Positions 50,891-58,322 of a stretch of 64,000 nucleotides of DNA are shown here, piece after piece. Origin of the DNA: a virus (taxonomy: Duplodnaviria; Caudoviricetes); IMG/VR virus record IMGVR_UViG_3300000203_000003, positions 64,001 to 128,000 of that record; one strand, 5' to 3'. A program made the translations under genes and the position numbers. Every line of letters begins with the position of its first letter. Within the stretch, counting starts at the first letter, position 1. Under the pieces are notes generated by a model. The model saw only the letters and a program-made list of their open reading frames with translations. It made no database searches and was not told the origin of the DNA.

Positions 50891-51590
50891 GAGCAGAAAT
50901 AAACTATGGTACGGTAAATACACTTACCGTGCCAAGTTTACTTTAGTTGGAATCAATCGCACATACGCCTGTAAGACTTTCCTTCAGTTTTTAAAGAAAC
51001 TAGAACAAAATCTCAGCGATAAGCCAAACGCGCCTTGGGCATCGGAATGGCAAAGTAGACTTCAAAGAGAAATCAAAGAGGTTGAGTTAGATTCGATTGA
51101 GAACTATATCAACTGGCGCGCCAAGTTCACGGGGAAAGGTGGTCCTGCTCTGATTCGCTCAGAGAGTAATTCTGCCGCAGTGTTCAGTAATGATCTGGCT
51201 CTATTACAGACATTACAAAACATCGATCCTGATCTAATTATCATCTTTACCAGAGTTGATAACAATATCCCTGAGGGGCACAAGTATTACGCTAAAGAGC
51301 CACCTCACAAGTTTCGCGTATATTTACGATCAATGGATCTGAAAGAACTGCCGTCATTCAGACAAGACTTAAAAGAGTTTTTTGAGCGATACCTGAACAC
51401 AAAAACTGTAGTTGTTCCAAGCAGGGCCCTAACTCAATGGTTAAGACAGACTACCAGTTCTTGGCGTATGCGATATTGCTACGAACACTTCTATATAGAT
51501 TATGACAATCCAAGCACATATACGCTGATATCACTGATGTTTGGTGATATGCTCTCTGCAATGTATAAATTAGAAAAGCGCCCACAGTGA
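50880..51590 (+). CDS. Hypothetical protein
   Basis: TTG start after GGAG. Confidence 0.65.
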   Translation: MKVESRNKLWYGKYTYRAKFTLVGINRTYACKTFLQFLKKLEQNLSDKPNAPWASEWQSRLQREIKEVELDSIENYINWRAKFTGKGGPALIRSESNSAAVFSNDLALLQTLQNIDPDLIIIFTRVDNNIPEGHKYYAKEPPHKFRVYLRSMDLKELPSFRQDLKEFFERYLNTKTVVVPSRALTQWLRQTTSSWRMRYCYEHFYIDYDNPSTYTLISLMFGDMLSAMYKLEKRPQ

Positions 51591-51613
51591 TAAATACTTG
51601 AAGGAGTATTTAT
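51590..51613 (+). promoter_or_regulatory. Late promoter within SD-sequestering hairpin
   Basis: ATAAATACT-TGAAGG-AGTATTTAT. Confidence 0.6.
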
Positions 51614-51617
51614 TACC

Positions 51618-51782
51618 ATGGCTCAGATACAATCAGAAACAATCGTTATCACGTTTTCCAAGTTAGTCAAATCAGACGTAGGTGCTGACGCAATCACCAG
51701 CGAGGAAACAATTCTGGCACTTGAACAAGTCGCACAAGAGTTAGTCGCCGCTGGCGTAGTAGTTGAAGTGACAAAAGCATAA
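51618..51782 (+). CDS. 54-aa hypothetical protein (MAQIQSETIVITFSKLVK...)
   Basis: SD AAGGAG; TAATG overlap with next gene; below ORF-track cutoff. Confidence 0.7.
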   Translation: MAQIQSETIVITFSKLVKSDVGADAITSEETILALEQVAQELVAAGVVVEVTKA

Positions 51783-52150
51783 TGTCTCAATCTACGACAC
51801 TGATCCTGTTGCCACAGACGGTATACGACGGTGGCGCAAACTATGAAGCATATACTGTCACTGGAAATGCTCAACACGCCGCTGGTTATTATCTTGGCAA
51901 CCGTGATCTACAAACAGTAAGTCTGAGCCTGACTAATGTGACAGGTAACATCGTCATTGAAGCAAGTTTAGCAACGACACCCGGCGCTCTGGACTGGTTC
52001 AAAGTATACGAACTTGAAGCAAATAACACTTCAAACGTAAACGCCAATGCGTCTACTTACTCTAACATTGAAGGCAACTTTGTCCACATGAGAGCAAAGG
52101 TAGAAGGATTCTACAACGGCATCGTGAACTTCGTAAAACTTAGCTATTAA
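51782..52150 (+). CDS. Beta-rich hypothetical (likely virion) protein
   Basis: GNIVIEASL...DWF...GNFVHMRA. Confidence 0.6.
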   Translation: MSQSTTLILLPQTVYDGGANYEAYTVTGNAQHAAGYYLGNRDLQTVSLSLTNVTGNIVIEASLATTPGALDWFKVYELEANNTSNVNANASTYSNIEGNFVHMRAKVEGFYNGIVNFVKLSY

Positions 52151-52151
52151 A

Positions 52152-54569
52152 ATGAAAACAATCGTCGTAATGCCAGGAGGCTTTCATCCGTTTCACGCAG
52201 GACATTATGCTCTGTATAAATCAGCAGTGGAGGCCTTTCCCGGCGCTGATGTGTATGTCGCTGCAACAAACGATCAAAAAGCACGACCTTTCCCGTTTGC
52301 GATTAAAGAGAAACTTGCTAAGATAGCCGGCGTTGCTCCAGGACATTTCGTTCAGGTGTCAAGTCCATTCAAAGCAGCAGAGATAACTCAGCACTACAAC
52401 CCTGATCAGGATGTGCTGATCTTCGTCCGTTCAGAGAAGGACCGAAACGAACAACCTAAGCCCGGTGGCATGAAGAAGGACGGCACCCCATCTTACTTTC
52501 AGCCATATACAGGAAAAGGTATGCAGCCGTTCAGTAAACACGCTTACTTCGCCTATCTGCCTACGGTAGAGTTTGGTCCTGGCATCACCGGCGCAACAGA
52601 GATTCGCAATGCCTGGCCGACATTGAATCCTACTCGCAAGACAGCAATGGTTATGAGCCTGTATCCAGCAACGAAACAGAATCCTCAGCTGGCTGCGAAT
52701 GTAGTCAAGATGATGGATCTTGGCATGGGCGGCCAGCCCGAAGTGGATGAGAGTAAAGAGGAGGCACTTCAGTATGCTACTCAGGCTCATGCCGGACAAA
52801 CGAGAGCAGGTGGTGCTCCTTATATTTCACATCCGATAAGTGTAGCAGATTCAATCAAGCAATACAAGAAATCACACAACCTCGATGCGTTAATCAGTGC
52901 TGCACTATTACATGATACCGTAGAAGATACTGACACCACTCATGAAGCCCTACACGATTTATTCGGTGGTTTAGTTGCCTCACTAGTTCAAGAACTAACT
53001 AGCGACAAAGAGAAGATTCAACAAATGGGCAAAGCTGATTATCTGGCACAGAAAATGGCTGCTATGAGCAGTTATGCTCTGGTGATAAAACTTGCCGATC
53101 GACTCGACAATGTTCAAGATATTGCTACTGCTAAAACTCCAGAGTGGAGGGCGAAGTATAGGGCAGAAACTGAAAAGATTTTAGACTATATTGAAAAGCA
53201 TCGCGCCTTATCAGGAACGCACCAGAAGTTAATAGAACTTATCCGTAACAAGTTAGGCGAGATTGATAGTCATCAAGGTGTAACAGAAGACACCTCATCC
53301 TCAAGTCTTCCGGATGTTCTGTATCACGGTGGTGAACACCAGATAAGCAAGTTCAGAATTCCACCCTACGGTGTATTTTTCAGTCCCCATAAAGAATGGG
53401 CAGAGGAATACGGTGACGCGCTAACTACCGCAAAAGTCAACGCCACGAAAGTGTATGTCGCCGATTCTGATAACTGGAACGATCCAAACTCGTTTGACGC
53501 TAAAGTGCTTGACGCACTGTTTGACCGTGACTATAAAACTTTGGCAGTATGTGTCAAAGTATTACAGGCTCGAGGCTATCAGGCACTTCAAACGCAGACT
53601 GACAGCGAAATGGTTGTGGTGTTCCCGGGAACTGAGATTCAAGTATTACCGCCGGATGAAGGAGTTGAGTTAAAATTCAACTCAAATTCACTCAACGAAA
53701 GTCAAATCTATTCGTATTTTAAGAAGAAATATTCTCTCTACGAAAGTGAAAAATTCCCACAGAGAATGGTATCAAGTATTAAAAAGATAAATGAAACAGA
53801 CAACCATAATGAAATTAAACAATTTATCCATCGGGTTGAAACCTTTGACTATCCTGGTCGGATCAAAGTAGGAGATTCCTTGGCAGTTTTAGATTTTGAG
53901 ATAAACTTCGCCTGGAAAGAAATTGAAGGTCGTGGATTTACACAGGCAAAAAGAATAACAAAAATATCGGCTGATAGCGCCGGAATAAATTATATAGAAT
54001 TTGAAGACGGTGACCGATATCCTAGACTTGCAAAAGCAACGTTCGGAGATAAACAACGACCCATGGAATTTGCCGCGTATTTTAAAAAATCAAATGATGC
54101 GGAACACGCCATTACGGTATTAGGGTTGATCGTGCCCGATACATGGGAATACAATACCAGTGAAATTCAACGTGGCAACACTTCTGAAGTTGACGAACAA
54201 TTCACCACTAATCTGACAACCGAGGGTGACCTAAATGAACTCCATTCGGACACCTTACATAGTTATGCAGGAAAGGCATGTGACCGTAATACCAAGAGTA
54301 TTAGGCAAGCAGATTGGAAACGAACTACCCCGGATGAGAGAGAGAAGATTCACCAAAAAGTTCTAAGAAGATGTGACGGTATAGGAAGGGCTTTGGACAA
54401 GGATCATGCCAAGCAGGAGAATGAACTGTTGAAGAATATTCCACCTCATTTACGCAAAAAATTAAGGCTTCCTGAACCATATGTTGATGAAGGCTCGGAC
54501 ATCCAGTTGTCCAAACCAATCAAACCTTTCAATCAGGTTAAACAATATCCTCTGACCGCCCTGCTATAG
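52152..54569 (+). CDS. Multidomain protein: HxGH nucleotidyltransferase + SpoT/Mesh1-like HD hydrolase + ART-like + unknown domains
   Basis: GGFHPFHAGH; AHAGQTR..PYISHP, LHDTVEDT, KLADRLDN; VLYHGG..GVFFS. Confidence 0.8.
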   Translation: MKTIVVMPGGFHPFHAGHYALYKSAVEAFPGADVYVAATNDQKARPFPFAIKEKLAKIAGVAPGHFVQVSSPFKAAEITQHYNPDQDVLIFVRSEKDRNEQPKPGGMKKDGTPSYFQPYTGKGMQPFSKHAYFAYLPTVEFGPGITGATEIRNAWPTLNPTRKTAMVMSLYPATKQNPQLAANVVKMMDLGMGGQPEVDESKEEALQYATQAHAGQTRAGGAPYISHPISVADSIKQYKKSHNLDALISAALLHDTVEDTDTTHEALHDLFGGLVASLVQELTSDKEKIQQMGKADYLAQKMAAMSSYALVIKLADRLDNVQDIATAKTPEWRAKYRAETEKILDYIEKHRALSGTHQKLIELIRNKLGEIDSHQGVTEDTSSSSLPDVLYHGGEHQISKFRIPPYGVFFSPHKEWAEEYGDALTTAKVNATKVYVADSDNWNDPNSFDAKVLDALFDRDYKTLAVCVKVLQARGYQALQTQTDSEMVVVFPGTEIQVLPPDEGVELKFNSNSLNESQIYSYFKKKYSLYESEKFPQRMVSSIKKINETDNHNEIKQFIHRVETFDYPGRIKVGDSLAVLDFEINFAWKEIEGRGFTQAKRITKISADSAGINYIEFEDGDRYPRLAKATFGDKQRPMEFAAYFKKSNDAEHAITVLGLIVPDTWEYNTSEIQRGNTSEVDEQFTTNLTTEGDLNELHSDTLHSYAGKACDRNTKSIRQADWKRTTPDEREKIHQKVLRRCDGIGRALDKDHAKQENELLKNIPPHLRKKLRLPEPYVDEGSDIQLSKPIKPFNQVKQYPLTALL

Positions 54570-54633
54570 GGTAAATAGAAATATTTTGAGCCACTTTGGC
54601 CAGAGTAAATATTTCTATCTTACAGAGGATCTC

Positions 54634-55509
54634 ATGGCAAAGAAAAAAGAAGCAGCAACTATTCCAGTTGAAAAGTTACAAGAAATCGTAGAACAAAACC
54701 CAGCAGCACCGGTATCCGAACCTGCTCCCGGAACAGTACAAGTCAACGTAGACTTTCTGAAAACAACACGGGTTCACATTGGAATGCCATGTTATGGTGG
54801 TATGCTGACTGAATCTACATTCATGTCGTTTATCAAGTGGTCAAACACCGCACGACAGCTTGGCATCGATTGGACATTGGAAACAATGGTCAACGAATCG
54901 CTTATCTCTCGCGCACGAAACACACTGACAGCAAAGTTTTTGGACATGCCAGATGCCACTCACTTGTTCTTCGTTGACGCAGACATTGGTTGGGAACCAT
55001 GGCACCTGTTAGTTCTGTTGAATCGTGACGTTGACGTTATCGGTGGACTATATCCAATGAAGACAATGCCAGTCAAGTGGGTTGTTAATGGATTTGATGG
55101 TGCCGAAGAAGGACCTGATCAACTACAAGAAGTCAGCAAAGCGGGCACAGGCTTCCTGTTGATGAAGAAACACGTATTTGAGAAGTTGAAATCTCACCCG
55201 GCAGTAAAGCAATATGTGAACGATATCGGTCTTGATCCGAAATATGACAAACATCTGAAAACATATTTCGACACCGCAGTTCGTCAAAATCGTTACTATA
55301 GCGAAGACTGGTGTTTCTGTGAAAACTTTAGAGATATCGGCGGAAAAATTTGGATGGACAAACGAGTTCTGCTGCGTCACACCGGCACTTATACTTTCTG
55401 TATGGAAAATCAGGAACACTTGTTGAATACGATCGGACCCATGTATTTAGATCAACAGCGACAAAAAGGCTTCAAACTAATAGACCAAGACGGAAACGAG
55501 ATTAAGTAA
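54634..55509 (+). CDS. Glycosyltransferase-like (GT-A) protein
   Basis: IGMPCYGG, ISRARN, FFVDADI (DxD), GTGFLL, SEDW.FC. Confidence 0.75.
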   Translation: MAKKKEAATIPVEKLQEIVEQNPAAPVSEPAPGTVQVNVDFLKTTRVHIGMPCYGGMLTESTFMSFIKWSNTARQLGIDWTLETMVNESLISRARNTLTAKFLDMPDATHLFFVDADIGWEPWHLLVLLNRDVDVIGGLYPMKTMPVKWVVNGFDGAEEGPDQLQEVSKAGTGFLLMKKHVFEKLKSHPAVKQYVNDIGLDPKYDKHLKTYFDTAVRQNRYYSEDWCFCENFRDIGGKIWMDKRVLLRHTGTYTFCMENQEHLLNTIGPMYLDQQRQKGFKLIDQDGNEIK

Positions 55510-55523
55510 AGTCTTTATCAAAT

Positions 55524-55545
55524 AAAAGGCTCTTCGGAGCCTTTT
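55524..55545 (+). terminator. Intrinsic terminator
   Basis: AAAAGGCTC-TTCG-GAGCCTTTT. Confidence 0.85.
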
Positions 55546-55578
55546 CCTATCCTCGCAGTAATAGGACTAAATAATAGT

Positions 55579-56244
55579 ATGATTGCTTATTCTAAACTAA
55601 ATCCACCAACTGGCTTCTATGTATATATGTGGCTTCGGGAAGACCAGAGTCCATATTATGTAGGAAAAGGTATGACTCGCAGAGCTTGGCGATCAGGATC
55701 TCCAATTGATCAAACCCGCATTGTTATAGTTGAGCATATGCTCACTGAGGAGGAAGCGTTTAGTAAGGAACGACAACTCATTAAAGAGTACGGTCGTAAA
55801 GACCTCGGAACAGGCATATTAAGAAATATGACTGATGGCGGAGAAGGAGCATCAGGGCAGGTACAGACAATTGATACTATTGAAAAGCGACATAAAACAC
55901 GCAAAGAAAATGGAAATTGGGGCAACGCATCACTGATAGGTAGTAAACAAGCGGCGGAAGAAATATCCAGAAAAAGCGAAAGACAACGCGGTCAAAAACA
56001 TTCTCCTGAGCGTAATGCGAAGCGCAGTGCAGCATTGAAGGGTAGAAAGTTATCCCCTGAACATATAGCCAAGCGAACTGCTACGGTAACTGGCAGAAAA
56101 CAACGACCTGAAGTTATTGAAAACCGATCAGCGCAACTAAGAGGGCGAAAGCAAGAGGTGATAACTTGTCCACATTGTGGCAAATCCGGCGGGTGCGTAG
56201 TTATGAAGAGGCACCACTTTGACCATTGTAAATCTATCCGATAA
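55579..56244 (+). CDS. Free-standing GIY-YIG endonuclease (NUMOD3 repeats, CPHC knuckle)
   Basis: FYVYMWLRE..PYYVGKG; GRKDLGTGILRNMTDGGEG. Confidence 0.85.
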   Translation: MIAYSKLNPPTGFYVYMWLREDQSPYYVGKGMTRRAWRSGSPIDQTRIVIVEHMLTEEEAFSKERQLIKEYGRKDLGTGILRNMTDGGEGASGQVQTIDTIEKRHKTRKENGNWGNASLIGSKQAAEEISRKSERQRGQKHSPERNAKRSAALKGRKLSPEHIAKRTATVTGRKQRPEVIENRSAQLRGRKQEVITCPHCGKSGGCVVMKRHHFDHCKSIR

Positions 56245-56251
56245 ATACTTG

Positions 56252-57511
56252 ATGGATCTCAAAGAACTCGACTCATTTAAACTGGCAGACGCAGTGACTT
56301 TTCACACGGAACTGAACCCTAAACTTTTCAGAGGTCGTCACCTACATCCTGAAGTTGAAAAGCAACTGAAAATCATCGCTGAAGATTTCATTGAAGAAAT
56401 GGGTCTGTCTGATATTAACGTGGTTGATATCACAATCTCCGGTTCAAACGCAGCATACAGTTATACGAAACACTCTGATCTAGATTTACATCTACTTGTG
56501 GATATGTCGAAGTTAAATAATGACGCAATGTATCTGGAGTTGTTTGATGCGAAAAAGACAATCTATAACGACACACACGACATAACAATCAGACACATTC
56601 CAGTTGAGTTGTACATTCAGGATTCAAATCATCAGGTTACAAGCGTCGGTGAGTATAGTATTCTGCGTGATGAGTGGATCAGAATCCCAAGTAAGCGTAG
56701 AGCAAACTTCGATCAAACAGCAACGGCTGCGAAGTATGAAAAACTGTCGAAGTTGATAGACAGAGCGTTGAAAACATCTGACCTGAATAAGATAAATCAT
56801 CTGATCAAAACAATACATCGCTACAGACAAGCAGGGCTTGACCAAGGCGGCGAGTTCGGACCAGAGAATCTTGCATACAAAGCAATACGAACAACTGGCC
56901 AGATCACTAAGCTGTATGCTCTGCGAGATAAACTTCATTCCAGAAGATTGAGTATCGAGGGACAGTATTCTCAATTGGAAGAATCAACGTCTACTCTTCC
57001 TAAAGTATTGTATCATGTGACTCCGGCGAAGAATCTGCCTGGCATAATGAGTAAAGGGTTGATACCGAAAGTAGGAAGTAGATCAGCACAAATATACAAC
57101 GAACAATCTGGTATATTCTGTTTCCCCGATAAGGTATCAGTCGAAGATGCGCTGATGAATTGGTTAGGTGATCAGTTCGATGAGAATGAAACTCTGGCAC
57201 TACTGGCTATAGATTCGACAGGACTACAAGGTAAATATACTCCTGGTGCAGAATATGAAGTTGTGATTACTTCTCCGGTCCCAGTCAGTAATATAAGTGT
57301 CGCATCAAAAGATGTAGACGCGATGTTTGAATCAGCATCAGGTTACATCCCAAGCAACGCTCAAAAGAATGATCCAAGATACAAAACAGCGTTAACTGTA
57401 GATATCAAGCCGGATACGATCCAAGTAAATGCTAAAAAATTAGGGTTAGGTGGAATAAAAAGATCAGGAATTCCTCAGTTTGCCCGGGCCGATGGCAAAA
57501 CAAAAAGATAA
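56252..57511 (+). CDS. Pol-beta-type nucleotidyltransferase fused to ART/Tpt1-like domain
   Basis: GSNAAYSYTKHSDLDLH..VELY; LYHVTPAKNLPGIMSKGL.P. Confidence 0.75.
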   Translation: MDLKELDSFKLADAVTFHTELNPKLFRGRHLHPEVEKQLKIIAEDFIEEMGLSDINVVDITISGSNAAYSYTKHSDLDLHLLVDMSKLNNDAMYLELFDAKKTIYNDTHDITIRHIPVELYIQDSNHQVTSVGEYSILRDEWIRIPSKRRANFDQTATAAKYEKLSKLIDRALKTSDLNKINHLIKTIHRYRQAGLDQGGEFGPENLAYKAIRTTGQITKLYALRDKLHSRRLSIEGQYSQLEESTSTLPKVLYHVTPAKNLPGIMSKGLIPKVGSRSAQIYNEQSGIFCFPDKVSVEDALMNWLGDQFDENETLALLAIDSTGLQGKYTPGAEYEVVITSPVPVSNISVASKDVDAMFESASGYIPSNAQKNDPRYKTALTVDIKPDTIQVNAKKLGLGGIKRSGIPQFARADGKTKR

Positions 57512-57585
57512 ATAGTAGTGTAGTTCGCGGAAGTGGAATTCCCAACTACTCTAATGCCCAAGGAGCAATCAGCATGACTATTTAT
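57508..57585. ncRNA. Conserved two-hairpin endonuclease-associated element, copy E
   Basis: See findings. Confidence 0.7.
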
Positions 57586-58245
57586 TATCTTATGGTTAAG
57601 ACCCATAATATTACCGGTTTAAAATATCTTTGTCAGACAAAACGCAAAGACCCACACAAATATCTCGGATCCGGTAAAGATTGGTTGATCCATCTCATGC
57701 GTCACGGAAAAGAACATTCAACTGAAATTATTATTGCCTGTCAGAGCAGACAGGAACTGTACTATTGGGGAATGTATTATAGTAGCCTATGGAGGGTAGT
57801 AACCGGCCAGGATGATTTCGGCAATAAAATATGGGCTAACCGGATTAAAGAAAACGGCGGGGGCGAAGGTATGACTTCGGCGCTAGCCACTGAAATTCAA
57901 AATAGGCCGGCTACAAAACTTAAAAATTCAGATTCCCACAAAATGTTATGGAAAAATAAAGAATATATTAAAAAGCAAATAGATGCCCACCAATCCATAG
58001 ATTATCGCACTCGGAATAGCGTACTTCAAAAAGAAGTACAAAATAGACCCGAAGTTAAAGAAAAGTTGAGTGGCAAAAATAGTTACAAATACGATCATAC
58101 AATTTACACCTTCATCCACACTACAGGGATTATAGAAACGTTAACTCAATACGACCTAATTAGGAAATATGATCTATGTCAGCCAAATTTAAATTCAGTT
58201 GTCCGTAATAAAAGACGAATACACAAAGGCTGGACGATAGCATAA
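57574..58245 (+). CDS. Free-standing Seg-like GIY-YIG endonuclease (paralog of 42102)
   Basis: First 27 aa identical to ORF 42102; YDHTIYTF..KGW module. Confidence 0.75.
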   Translation: MTIYYLMVKTHNITGLKYLCQTKRKDPHKYLGSGKDWLIHLMRHGKEHSTEIIIACQSRQELYYWGMYYSSLWRVVTGQDDFGNKIWANRIKENGGGEGMTSALATEIQNRPATKLKNSDSHKMLWKNKEYIKKQIDAHQSIDYRTRNSVLQKEVQNRPEVKEKLSGKNSYKYDHTIYTFIHTTGIIETLTQYDLIRKYDLCQPNLNSVVRNKRRIHKGWTIA

Positions 58246-58322
58246 CCATAATCCGCCCTTGCTTCGAAAATAAACTCTCTTTAAACCAATTTTGATAAAT
58301 AGTATATAAGTGGAAATATACT

